Shown piece by piece: positions 37,808 through 50,949 of a stretch of DNA of 64,000 nucleotides; position 1 is the stretch's first letter; every line of letters starts with the position of its first letter. The notes beneath the pieces were generated by a model that saw nothing but the letters and a program-made list of their open reading frames with translations, searched no databases and had not been told where the DNA came from. Source of the DNA: Malacoraja senta (taxonomy: Eukaryota); assembly GCA_038087875.1 (NCBI GenBank), contig CM075993.1, positions 2,420,001-2,484,000 of the forward strand. The letters are read 5' to 3'. Made by a program: the position numbers and the translations under genes.

Positions 37808-38199
37808 CAAAGATCCTATAGCGGAGCAAGATAGACCACTCCTTCTAAATGTAATGGGCTTATGTGTAGTATGCGACGGAGCGGAACGTGGGCCTTTTTT
37901 TCATCCATTTCAGTTACCCGACCCGACCCGACCCGCAGTGTACTCAACGTTTCGGGGGAACAGTTTGTGTTAATAAATTATAATTCTGAAAATGAGGAGA
38001 AGATTTTTACCAAATAACTTTTATTTTTACGAGGATGTTTCCGTAACCGGCTTCCGTCTCTGCACTGCGCTACGGGATCTTTGGTGCGGAGACGGAAGCC
38101 GGTTACGGAAATGGGGCCGAAAATTACCCACGAATCTGCCCGTGACCGTACTACGTCTTTTTCGTCGAGTGGACTATCTTGCTCGCTATAGGATCTTTG
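37808..38199. mobile_element. Non-autonomous DNA transposon with 8-bp TSD (P- or hAT-type ends)
   Basis: TIR caaagatcctatagcg(g)agcaagatag(a/t)ccactc at both ends; TSD gttgggtc (37800-37807) / gttgtgtc (38200-38207); internal ~28-bp stem 38038-38111. Confidence 0.8.
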
Positions 38200-39349
38200 G
38201 TTGTGTCTATCTTCAGTGCAAACCAGCATCTGCAGTTCCCTCCTACACTTTCTACCTTAACACCATTAAATATAACAAGTTATATTGTCGAAGATCTGCA
38301 CGTGGAGAATCCTCGCAGAAAATAAAGGGGCGAAAAACTCCAGGTACTAGTTTTTGAAGTTTGGTAACAAACATTCGTGTTAAAAAAAGCTCACTTTATT
38401 CCTTTTATTAAAAGAACAAATTGATTGTTCCTTTTACATAATTCACAGCATTGTTCCTCTGCAGAGAAAAGAATGACTTTGTTCAATTGTGAAGATTCTG
38501 TTTGTTCAACAAAGACTTGTTAAGTACCTATTTTTACTGGGACCATTGCCATTTTATTTGTGTCAGCCAGTGTTTAAATCTACAAAGTGTTGGCATGTGT
38601 GTCTGGGAAAGTCATCATCAAGGCATCGACAGAAGTATTGGTTTCTTATTTTGTGGTGTTTAAATAAGCTCGGAACAATATCACGCTCAGTACATCTTTG
38701 CACTTAGATTTCATTGCCGTTTCTCCCACTCTGCCAGCTCACTTCGGAGGAGATTTGGAAGAAACAAAACAAGTATTTCTGTCAAAAACTAAAGGGTCAA
38801 TGTTACTGGAGAAAGCCCATGGAAATTCCTGCTGCTTGGCTTTGGTTTCATTCCCAGCTTAGGTTTCATATGCAAAGGTGAACGACCCGCTGCAGCGTTG
38901 GAAATTGTGCCCCAGAACCAGCCATGTCTCAGGTGAAGGAAGGAACTGCAGATGCTGGTTTAAACCGAAGATGGACATAAAAAGCTGGAGTAACTCAGCG
39001 GGACGGGCAGCATCTGCGGAGGGAAGGAATGGGTGACGTATTGGGTCGAGACTCTTCTTCAGACAAAGGGTCTCGACCTGAACGTCAACCATTCATCCTC
39101 TCCAGAGATGCTGCTTGTCCCGCTGAGTTACTCCAGCTTTTTGTGCCTATCTTCACGTCTCAGGTTGAAGCTGTTCCAGCACAGTAACAGCACTGGCATG
39201 TACGTCAGGATGCGAAAATTGTCCTTTTTCATAAACGATGCAACATAGAACACAGCACAGCACAAGAACATCCCCCTTGGCCCACGGTGGCCAAAGCAAA
39301 CTTGATGTTGAGTTAATCTAATTTCTGCAAGTGTGTGATCCATAATCAT

Positions 39350-39520
39350 CCATTGGGCAGTAAGTTTGCCAAATGAAATATGAGATGCTGTTCCTCCAAT
39401 TTGCATTTAGCCTCACTCTGACAATGGAGGAGACCTCGGACAGAAAGGTCAGTGTGGGAATGGGAAGGAGACTTAAAGTGTTTAGCAACTGGGAGATCAG
39501 GTAGGTCCAGGCAGACTGAT
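39350..39520 (-). mobile_element. Penelope-like element, GIY-YIG endonuclease C-terminal fragment
   Basis: ORF 39346-39552: PVAKHFKSPSHSH..LEEQHLIFHLANLLPNG, the H-F-x3-H ... E ... P-x-G-x-N end typical of Penelope GIY-YIG domains. Related fragments at 21472-21625 (-), 52182-52250 (+), 62115-62200 (-). Confidence 0.8.
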
Positions 39521-40292
39521 ATACATTCTCCTGCTTGTGACCCTAAAAACAAGTTATGTTTATGCGGGAGTTAAGTGCATTGGATAAGACATGGGTGTGT
39601 CAACCTCCGATGCTCCAGAGAAAACAATCGTACATTCATTAGCGTTGTAGTGTTCACAAAAATATCTTTATACCTGGCACCCTATCAAACAACTGATTTC
39701 TTTACATGCTCTTTGTACCCTTCCATATCTCTAGACTCCCTCTCCCCTGACTCTCAGTCAGAAGAAGGGTCTCGACCTGAAACGTCACCCGTTCCCTCTC
39801 TCCAGAGAAGCTGCCTGTCCCGCTGAGTTACTCCAGCATTTTGTGTCTATCTTCGGTGTAAACCAGCATCTGCACTTTCTTCCTACACGTTTTGTCTGCT
39901 CCAATGCGAAATCTCCTCCAGGTACGGCTACTTTGAAGAGGTTCTCCTCCTCTCTCCGGCGAAAGTTCTGCAACACCCTCTCTCGCTGAAACCACCTCTG
40001 TGATTCCTTCTGCTCTACGGCTCATTTCCTTGACCAATGTCTGCTTTGATCTGTCCTTTTCACACCTTACATGTTCTTTGTACCTTTCCATATCTCTTGC
40101 CTCCCTCTCCCTGACTCTCAATCTGAAGAAGCAAAGCAAGAAGTTCATTGTCCTATCTGGGACACATGACAATAAACTCTCTTGAATCTTGAACCTTGAA
40201 TCTTGACCTGAAACGCCACCCATTCCTTCTCTCCAGAGACGCTGCCTGTCGCGTTGAGTTACTCCAGCAATTTGAGTCTACCTTCGGTGTAA

Positions 40293-42186
40293 AACCCCTG
40301 TCTCACTGCGCGAGCTGACCCACGAGGTACCCCGAGTTTAAAACAAATTGAACTCGTGATAATCACGTACAATTAACGTAGCGGGAACGTCGGAACTCGT
40401 GGACGCAACTTAGCGACTCTTGGCGCTAACGGCAGGTACCCGTGAAACTTGTTAACTCTTGAAAAAGTTCAAACATGTTTAAACTTTTCCATGAGTAAAA
40501 TGTACTCTTGAGGTTAAAATTTGAAACATTTAAACTCGTTGTAAGAACGTAGTGGCCCGTGCGTTTACCTTTGTGACTCGTGAGTCTACCGTGGGAACTC
40601 TTTTTAGAAACAATAATCAGGAACAGAAATATCAGTTACTTGGATAAGTATGGATCAGTTAAGGAACACCAACATAGACTTTTTAAAGACAAATTCTGCT
40701 TAACAAAGTTAAGCAAGTTATTGATAAGGTGACAGAGTGGGTTGAAAAGAAAAAATTGCTTGAAGTTTATATATTGATTTTGTGTATTTGGGACTGAGCT
40801 CACAACCTTAAGACAAACCAGTATTGAGGAACAGCGTGAGAACATTTTATGACACTTCATGGCAGCCTAATCTGAGGTTTGCCAGTCACGTCCAGAAGCC
40901 ATCTCTACCAGTGCTGTTGAAGAAGACAGGGATGTGTTCACCTCTCCTGCACCCCTGTTCCGTAGGACAACACCAACTCTTTCATTATGCGGATGTTAAA
41001 GGCTGGGTTTTATTCTCAAGCCATGATGCCAGATTCCCGATCTCTTTACTGAACTTTACTGAATCAAAGGGTTCTATAGGAGGTGCTGCCTCAAAAAGGC
41101 AGCCAGCATTGTCATGGACCCACACTACCCTGGCCATGCTCTCATTTCATTCCTGCTTTCACCCCCCTTCACCACTCAGTTATACAGAGCTGCAGCCTGC
41201 TTTGCAATCTGAATATGGAGACGGCCGTCTTAGTGGAGCAGAATCACCATTTGATGAAGGGACAGACCTGGGAGATTAGTTCCGTTATCCCTCTGATGTT
41301 CATTCTTATCTGTATGTTTATGTTGTTTTTTGCCAGTTTGATCATATTTTAGTATCTTTTGGATACTCCCACTTTTTCTAATAGCTTAAAGTGTTGACAA
41401 GCTTTTTACTAATCCGTTTGATTCTCATTGTTTGTTTACTTCATTGCACAATAAAGGAGAATTCTTTGCTATCAAGATCAAATTGATGTCTGGAAGTCTT
41501 CATTTTAATATCACTACAAAGTCTCATGACTTGAATGTAATATTCCTTTCATCATAAAACAAAATAGAGGAATGCAAAATATATTCACATCTTGATTCTC
41601 ACAATCATTTGTGAGAGTTAAGGACTCTGGTGCCTCATATGCTGTGCTTTTTAAATGTTAGAAAGTGTCACCTCTCTGTAGATCAGAAAATAAAACAAAC
41701 AGCACGGTGAATGAGAAAGAAAGTCTTTATTAATCTTGTTCAATATCATAAACGCTTTTTTGCACATATTGAGAAAAGGAGCACCACAGCAAACAACACA
41801 GTGGTCTGAAAAAGGGCTTCTCAAACATGCAAATCAACAAATGAAGCACAAATAAAAGTATTTCCACTATATACTAATTCAGCTGAGAAATGCACAAGCC
41901 TAGATTCAGGCAATAAAAGAGACAATGCAATGCGCTCAATGACAAGTTTTGAGATCTACCATCAGATAAGCAGATGCATTGTTGCCTCAAGATTAACGGG
42001 AGAGGAACCTGGTACACTCGGGAGACGAACTTGGAACATCGCAGAAATGAGAAGTAAACGGCAAACTTAGACATACCCGTGGGAACTCGGTTAAACTCTT
42101 GATCATAAACTTGGAGTCTCGTACGCAACCACGAGTCTTTCACTCGGGGTCACTCGTGGGTCAACTCGCACAGTGAGACAGGGCTT
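40293..42186. mobile_element. Long non-autonomous PIF/Harbinger-type element (1.9 kb)
   Basis: About 45-bp TIRs (aacccctgtctcactgcgcgagctgacccacgag... / ...ctcgtgggtcaactcgcacagtgagacagggctt), TAA TSD at 40290-40292 and 42187-42189; interrupts a Penelope-end repeat that rejoins across it. Confidence 0.82.
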
Positions 42187-43690
42187 TAAAGCAGCACCTG
42201 CAGTCCCTTCCTACAGATCTCCTTTCCTTCTGTGTAACCGGTTCATGACTAAGTGATGAATCCTACAAAGGGAACGAAAGGCTTCAGGTTCCCTTTGGTT
42301 GAAAACTACTCGGCGATCCCGATCAAGAATTCAAACCCACGGACGAACAGAATTGAAACCTGTCACACGGCCTCGGGGAAAGATGAAGGAATGAAAACCT
42401 CCTGGTTACAGTCTTTGAAATGCAAATAAATCGAATCACAAATGCAAAAGATGTGCGGCATTCCATTTGTCAGTTCCAGAGGTTTGACGCATTCCGAATT
42501 TTGGAGGCAAATTGACTAGACTAGAGACTAGACTAACCAACGCTGTCGCAGGGAGGACATGTGAACTCCACGCCAACAGCACCTGAGATCAGGATCGAAC
42601 CCGGGTCTCCGGTGCGGTAAGGCAGCAGCTCTACCGCTGCCCCACCGTGCCGCCTTTGAATAAACACTGATATCGCCAGAGGTGGCACATCCAGGAAAAT
42701 AGAACACGTAAAACGGTGGCATGGTGGCGCAGCGGTAGAGTTGCTGCCTTACAGCGCTTGCAACGCCAGAGACCTGGGTTCGATCCCGACTATGGGTGCT
42801 GTCTGCACGGAGTTTGTACGTTCTCTGCGTGGGTTTTCTCCGAGATCTTTGGTTCCCTCCCACACTCCAAAGACGTACAGGTTTGTAGGTTAATTGGCTT
42901 GGGTTTGTATACTTGGTATAAGTGTAAATTGTCCCTAGTGTGTGTAGGATAGTGTTAGTGTGCAGGGATCGCTGGCCGGTTTCCGCGCTGTATCTCTAAA
43001 CTAAACTAAACTAAAAGAAAAGTCTCTGTACTAGAAATATAAATGATATTGTCATGGGCTCCCTGCTGCGTTCTAACCTACAGAGAGGCAGTAGTCCGTA
43101 CCACATCATATTGGCGGGGAGATTGGCGATCTCCCACCCATTGTTTGTCAGTAACGAGATGTGCCTCGGTGAGATAGTCACCATGGGAGACAGTGGTGTC
43201 CAGGCATTCGCCTGGCTGAACTGATGAACACTTCTTCCTTGCACCTCACGTGCCTCAACTGGACAGCGGGCGGTGTGTTAGATGAGATTGCCAATGGTCC
43301 CTATCGCTTGGAGCCCAAGTGCAAGTGGCACATTGTGTGGAGCTCCCAGGGGGGGTGACTGATTGAACGGGGAAGTGTAATGACATGGCGACGTTGTGAT
43401 TCCAGTCCTTGATCTCACTGCTTGCCGGTACAAGCAAGGACACAATACTATGTGTGTAGAAATGAAACCGTGGATGCTGGTTTATACTGAAGATAGACAC
43501 AATAAGGTGCTGGTGTAACTCAGCGGGCCAGGCAGCATCTCTGATGGATATATATAGATACACACACATGCACACACAGAAGCACACGCAAACACACACA
43601 CAGACGCACATACACGCGCACACAGACACACACACGGCAAGCACACCCAGACATACACACACATCGACACACACACATATATATATAAAA

Positions 43691-44675
43691 CTAGACTAAG
43701 TGGGACCCGTTGGGTCCCAGGTTCACATGGGAGCGCAGGTCTCCCAACGCAATATTCCACCTCTCTACCAATTCCAATATTGGTCGCCAGTGGGCAGGGG
43801 GAGGGGGGGGGATCTTTCAGGAGCGCTAGCATGGGTGTTGTGGGTCAAGTCAAGTCAAGCACAGTGAGTGCAGGGCCAACAATCCATTTCAATCCATTTC
43901 AAGTCAAGTCAATTCATTCCATTTCAAGTCAAGTCAAGTCAAGTCAAGTCAATCCATTCCATTTCAAGTCAAGTCAATCCACTTCAAGTCAAGTCAAGTC
44001 AATCCACTTCAAGTCAAGTCAATCCATTTCAAGGTCAGGCCAAACGACTAATTGCATTGTCATTTCATTTCCAATTTTGCATTGCAGTTTCACGCACGGG
44101 CTGGGCAGGCCAAACAACTCATTGCATTGTCATTTCATTTCCAATTTTGCATTGCAGTTTCAAGCACGGGCACGGCAGGCCAAACAACTCATGGCATTGT
44201 CATTTCATTTCCAATTTTGCATTGCAGTTTCAAGCACAGGCAGGGCAGGCCAAACAACTCATGGCATTGTCATTAAGGGCTTACAAATCGTTTATTGCAA
44301 GTACATTGCAGACTCACAGTTCAGTTGATTCACAGCATAGAATCACAGTTGTGGCCTCTCCCTCATGATCTTCCAGAGTGACTGACTCACATCCAGGCAT
44401 CTGGGGTTCTATAGTCCTGCCCCCCCCCCCCCGAAGGGGCGTTACCTTCATCATGGTGATTGACAGGTGAGAGGACCAAGCAGCTGATCTCAAGATTTTT
44501 TAAACACTCATAACTTTTTTATTTTTAATCGATCGGAAAATTCCTCGGGGCCGCCTCAGCGGAGGAGGACTGTGAGTAAGATGGCCAAAGATCATAGCGA
44601 TATAAGGTCGCGTTTTTTCTAAAATCAATATACAGCACAGACAGGGTCAAGATGAAACTTTTATTTATATATAGA
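43691..44675 (-). mobile_element. Non-autonomous Helitron (rolling-circle element), 985 bp
   Basis: On the minus strand it starts A|TCTATATATAAATAAAAG (44675) and ends TGGGACCC-AAC-GGGTCCCA hairpin (43701-43719), short spacer, CTAG|T (43691); inserted between A and T, no TSD. Confidence 0.85.
43845..44275. repeat. Tandem arrays inside the Helitron: (TCAAG)n-rich tract and about 4 copies of a ~59-bp unit
   Basis: tcaagtcaag runs 43845-44035; unit ggcaggccaaacaactcat(t/g)gcattgtcatttcatttccaattttgcattgcagtttca... repeated 44036-44275. Confidence 0.9.
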
Positions 44676-44787
44676 TCGATATATATATATACACTGAACT
44701 TTTTCTTTGCTGTTCATTATGTACTGTGACACAAAGTGCTGGAGTAACTCAGCGGATCAGGCAGCATCTCCGATGGATATATCTAGA

Positions 44788-45207
<420 letters not shown>

Positions 45208-45544
45208 ATATATATATCCAGTACACAGAACTTTTTCTTTGTTGGTTATTATTTACTATGGGTTTTACAGACGATTATGTTTAAATATCAGTTGTGCTCC
45301 CGTAAATACGAATTTGGGCCACATGACAATATTAAGACGTTTTACTCTATATGGCGCCACTATTCCTGCAGTAGGTCCTCTGCTCTGCACTACATTAAGA
45401 AAAGAGATTACCAGGAAGACCAAAAAGGTTGTCCTCAGAGTATCCTTGAAAGTACTACCACCGTGTACATCCTCTGGGAATCCCTGGTCATCCCACGCCC
45501 ATTTTATGATCCGATAATTGCTTCCTCTTTACTGCGCAGAAAGA

Positions 45545-47119
45545 TTTTTTAATTTTTAATTTTTAATTTTTTAAAATTTTAATTTATTAGAAGTACATTA
45601 CATTACAACCAATTACATTAGTACTCATCACGTATATCTTATTACAATTAATGTACTCCGTCCTTTTTTACACTGATAAAAAGGAAAGGCTGAGATTAAG
45701 AAAAAAGAGAAAGTGAAGGAAAATAGTGAAGGTGTAAAAACGTGACAACAAGAAAGAACAGAGACCCTGTAGAAAAGAAATTAAAAAGAAAGGATTAAGA
45801 GATAGACCCTAAAGAAGAAAGAAAAGAGAAAGAGGAAAAAAGAGAAAAACAAATACTTTGTTATAAGCATCACACAAATGGGATATACCAACTCTCCAGC
45901 TTTCATCCCCCTTTACCTGACCTCAGTTTTTTTTTAAAGTACTTTTGCACCCTATACTTGTAATAATTCTATAAATGCAGACCACGTCAGGTGGAAGTGA
46001 TCTGGTTTACCTGCCAGGAGGAGTCTTATCTCTTCTAGGTGTAATGTTTCAAACATATTTGAAATCCACATGTTTATAGTTGGTATTGGAGCGTTTTTCC
46101 AGAATTTTAGGATTAACTTTTTTCCAGTTATTAACCCGTAATCTATTAATTTCTTTTGAAACACATTTAGTTCAGGACTATCTTCTGTTCTTCCGAAGAT
46201 AATCCATTCTGCTTTTGGTATCAGTTTTATTTTAAATAATTTTGTAAAGATTTCAAAAATGTCAATCCAAAATTTTTGAATTTTTGTACAAAAAACAAAT
46301 GAGTGCGCTATAGTAGCATCTTGAGATTGACATTTATCACAAATAGATGATACATTGGGGAAAATTTTATTAATTTTAGTTTTTGAATAATATAATCTAT
46401 GTAACATTTTAAATTGTATTAAAGTGTGTCTTACATTAATCGAACATTTATGCACGTTTAATAAATGTTCTTTCCACCTTTCCTTTGAGATTTTAATAGC
46501 TAATTCTTGTTCCCAGTCTCTTCTAATACCTTCCGTAGATGGTATTTCTACATTTAAGATAATATTATACAAATATGATATTAAGTTTGCTGATTCAGCT
46601 TTTATCTGCATTGCTTCATCCAATACATCTGCTGGGATATTATAATGATCTCTTGTATATTTTTTCAAATAGTCACATATTTGAAAATATTTAAAATATT
46701 GATTATTTCCCAGTTTATATTTTATTTGTAATTGTTGGAATGATAGTAATTTTCCAGTTTCATACAAGTCACCGAACGTTTTAATTCCTAGTCTATCCCA
46801 TTGTATAAAAGATTTGTCTGTAATAGAGGGATTAAACGAAGGGTTATTAACTATTGGAGATAAAAGCGATAGATTTCTTAATTTTAAATTTTGTTTTATT
46901 TGTTTCCAAGTTCTGATTGTACTATGTATAATTGGGTTTTTGTTATAATTTATGTTATTCACTTTCATTGGTGAGAGGAGGATCGCTCCAATATTACCAG
47001 AGGAGCAGTCCTCTCTCTCCATTACAATCCAGTCCACTTGCTGGGTAGAGTTGTCCATCAGTTGGATCATATTTTTAATATTTACTGACCAATAATAATA
47101 CATTAAGTTAGGGAGTGCT
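45545..47119 (-). mobile_element. Second, 5'-truncated copy of the same L1-clade 3' end, directly in tandem
   Basis: ORF 45952-47103 is colinear with 47516-48667 (offset 1564); similar 3' UTR and A-rich tail at about 45545-45590. Confidence 0.92.
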
Positions 47120-50100
47120 TTTTTTTTTTTTTTAATTTGTATTTTATTAGAAGTACATTACATTACAACCACATACATTAGTACTTGTCATTTATATCTT
47201 CTTACAATTAATGTACTCCATTTATTTTTTACACTAGAAAAGGAAAAGATTGAAAGAAAGAAGAAAGTGAAGGAAAAAGTGGAAGTGTAGGAAATGTGAC
47301 AACAAAAAAGGACAAAGACCCTATAAGAGCAAAATTAAAAACAAAAGAAAAATAGTTAAGAAATAGACCCTAGGAAAAAAAGAAAGAGAGAAAGAGGAAA
47401 AAGAGAGAAACAAATATTTTTATGAGCATTACGCAAAATGGACATACCAACTCTTCAACTATCCCCCCTTACCTGACCTCAATTTTTTTTATTTTTTTTT
47501 AAGTACTTTTGCACCTTATGTTTGTAATAATTCTATAAATGCAGACCACGTCAGGTGGAAATGATCTGGTTTACCTGCTAGGAGGAGTCTTATCTCTTCT
47601 AGGTGTAATGTTTCAAACATATTTGAAATCCACATATTTATAGTTGGTATTGGAGCCTTCTTCCAAAATTTTAGAATTAGCTTTTTTCCAGTTATTAACC
47701 CATAGTCCATTAGTTTCTTTTGAAACACATTTAATTCTGGACCATCTTCCGTTATACCGAAGATAATCCATTCTGCTTTGGGTATCAGTCTTGTTTTAAA
47801 TAACTTTGTAAAGATTTCAAAAATTTCATTCCAAAATTTTTGAATTTTTGTACAAGAAACGAATGAGTGCGTTATAGTAGCTTCTTGGGATTGACATTTA
47901 TCACAAATAGATGATACATTTGGGAAAATTTTATGAATTTTAGTTTTCGAATAATATAATCTATGTAAAATTTTAAATTGTATTAAAGTGTGTCTTACAT
48001 TAATCGAGCATTTATGCACATTTAATAAGTATTCATTCCAACTTTCCTTTGAAATTTTAATAGCTAACTCTTGTTCCCAGTGTCTTCTGATACCCTCCGT
48101 AGATGGTATTTCTACATTTAAGATAATATTATACAAATATGATATTAAGTTTGCTGATTCAGCTTTTATCTGCATTGCTTCATCCAATACATCTGCAGGG
48201 ATATTATAATGATCTTTTGTATATTTTTTCAAATAGTCACATATTTGAAAATATTTAAAATATTGATTATTTCCCAGTTTATATTTTATTTGTAATTGTT
48301 GGAATGATAGTAATTTTCCAGTTTCATACAAGTCACCGAACGTTTTAATTCCTAGTCTATCCCATTGTATAAAAGATTTGTCTGTAATAGAGGGATTAAA
48401 CGAAGGGTTATTAACTATTGGAGATAAAAGCGATAGATTTCTTAATTTTAAATTTTGTTTTATTTGTTTCCAAGTTCTGATTGTACTATGTATAATTGGG
48501 TTTTTGTTATAATTTATGTTATTCACTTTCATTGGTGAGAGGAGGATCGCTCCAATATTACCAGAGGAGCAGTCCTCTCTCTCCATTACAATCCAGTCCA
48601 CTTGCTGGGTAGAGTTGTCCATCAGTTGGATCATATTTTTAATATTTACTGACCAATAATAATACATTAAGTTAGGGAGTGCTAAGCCCCCTAATACTTT
48701 AGCTTAGTTCAAGTGTGTTCTTTGTATTCTATGGGATTTATAATCCCATATAAAATTAGTAATGTCTGAGTCCAATTTTAAAAACCCCATCTTTGGTAGG
48801 TATATAGGAATCGATTGAAATAGGTATAAAATTTGTGGTAAGAAGATCATTTTTATTGCATTTATTCGGCCTATTAAAGACATCGGAAGCGTTTTCCAAA
48901 ATTTAATTAATGTATTTAATTTATTAAGTAGAGGATCATAATTTGCTTTGAACATGCCTTGATATGTTCTGGTGATTTCAATACCCAAGTATTTAAATTT
49001 TTCTGTAGCTATTTTAAAAGGGAATTTTAAAAGATGTGTTGAGTCTTTCGGTTTTATTGACATAATTTCACTTTTATTCCAATTTATTCTGTATCCAGAA
49101 AAGGATCCAAAGTCCTCAATTAGATTTAATATGTTTGGTATAGTAATTTGAGGTTTTGTAATGTACAATAATATATCATCCGCGTATAAAGATATTTTAT
49201 TATTTGAGTATTTAATATTATACCCATGGATATCTGGTTGTGTTCTAATTTTTTCTGCTAAAGGTTCAATTATGAGAGCAAACAACTGTGGTGATAATGA
49301 GCGCCCTTGCTGTTTCCCCTTGATAGTTGAAATTTCGAGGATAGTATGTTATTAGTTAATATTCTAGCTGTAGGTTTATTATATAATAATTTAATCCATA
49401 AAATAAAATTCTCTCCCAGTTGGAATTTTTGTAATACTTTATCCATATAATTCCATTCTACTTGGTCAAATGCTTTTTCAGCGTCCAGCGAAATAATTGA
49501 TAATTCTTGTTCTTCAATTTTCTGTGAGTGCATTAGATTGAGTAGACGCCTCATATTATTAGATGAATATCTCTCAGGGATAAACCCCATCTGATCTGGG
49601 TTTATTAATTTACTAATATATTTACTTAATCTTCTAGCTAATGTTTTCGCTAATATTTTTTGATCTGTATTTAACAATGCTATAGCTCTATATGAACCTG
49701 GTTCTTCTAGATCTTTGTCTTTTTTAAGTATTAGTGTGATCGTTGATTCAGCTAATGTATCAGGTAATATTTGTTTTTTAAAAGCATATTGATACATTTT
49801 TTGTAACCGTGGCATAATTTTGTCATAAAAGCTTTCATAAAATTTATTAGTAAATCCATCAGGACCTGGAGTTTTTCCATTCTTTAATGAATTTATTGTG
49901 TCTTCTAATTCCTTGATTGAAATTTGTGCACCCAATTCCTCTTGTTCCTTCAACTCTAACTTTGGAAGATTACAATTATCCAAGAACTCTGTAATTTTAT
50001 TGGAGTCCGTTGTCGTTTTACATGTGTACAAATTCTCATAAAATTGCGCAAATCTTTTTTTAATATCCTTCAGTATGGTTAGTAATTCCCCTCTATCTGA

Positions 50101-50749
50101 TTTAATCTTTTGGATCGTATGTTCTTTTTCTCGTTTTTTTAGCTGACGAGCAAAAAGTTTATGCGGTTTATCCCCAAATTCAAAGTGTTCCTGTTTTGTA
50201 ATTTGGAAAAGTCTTATAAGTTTGGCAGATAATAGTTTATTTAATTTAAATTTCAAAATTATTATTTTATTATGTTTATCTATTGATGGATCTTTAGCAT
50301 TATCTATATCCATTTGTCTAATAAGTTCTTCTAACTGTCTTTGTTCATTCTTATTCTTTTTATTTTGAAAAGCTTGGTATGAGATTATAACACCTCTAAT
50401 AAATGCTTTAAAAGATTCCCATAGTAAAGTAGGCGATATATCTGGAGTGTCATTTACTTCAAAAAAGAAGTCCATTTGTTCTTTTAAATATATACTCGCT
50501 TGCGGATCTTTTAGGATTTGAGAATTGAATCTCCAAAACGATTTATTCTTAGACATTCCTTCCAGTTTTAAAAAGAAAGTTAGTGGTGAATGGTCTGAAA
50601 TCAAATTTGTATGGTATGCTGGGTTCACAGTGTGAGGGATTAATTTTGTATCCACCAGGAAATAATCTATACGTGCGTATGTTTTGTGTCCCATTGAATA
50701 AAACGAGTATTCCCTGCCAGTCGGATTAGCAATTCTCCAAACATCTGTT
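47119..50749 (-). mobile_element. L1-clade LINE, ORF2 (end of endonuclease, RT, C-terminal Cys-rich region) plus 3' UTR and poly(A); disabled; 5' part lost in gap
   Basis: ORFs 49270-50694, 48704-49285, 47516-48667 give YARIDYFLV/SDHSP (APE), GKTPGPDGF, YRAIALLNTDQK, SLDAEKAFD, LYADD (RT), CDKC..H..C. One frameshift near 49310 and one in-frame TAA at 48704-48706. T-run 47119-47133 is the poly(A) tail. Confidence 0.93.
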
Positions 50750-50949
50750 NNNNNNNNNNNNNNNNNNNNNNNNNNNNNNNNNNNNNNNNNNNNNNNNNNN
50801 NNNNNNNNNNNNNNNNNNNNNNNNNNNNNNNNNNNNNNNNNNNNNNNNNNNNNNNNNNNNNNNNNNNNNNNNNNNNNNNNNNNNNNNNNNNNNNNNNNNN
50901 NNNNNNNNNNNNNNNNNNNNNNNNNNNNNNNNNNNNNNNNNNNNNNNNN
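50750..50949. other. Assembly gap (200 N)
   Basis: Run of N. Confidence 1.

Noticed and set aside
40824..41279. 151-aa ORF inside the long TIR element as candidate transposase
   Set aside because: No DDE or Myb motifs; overlaps a degraded retroposon fragment.
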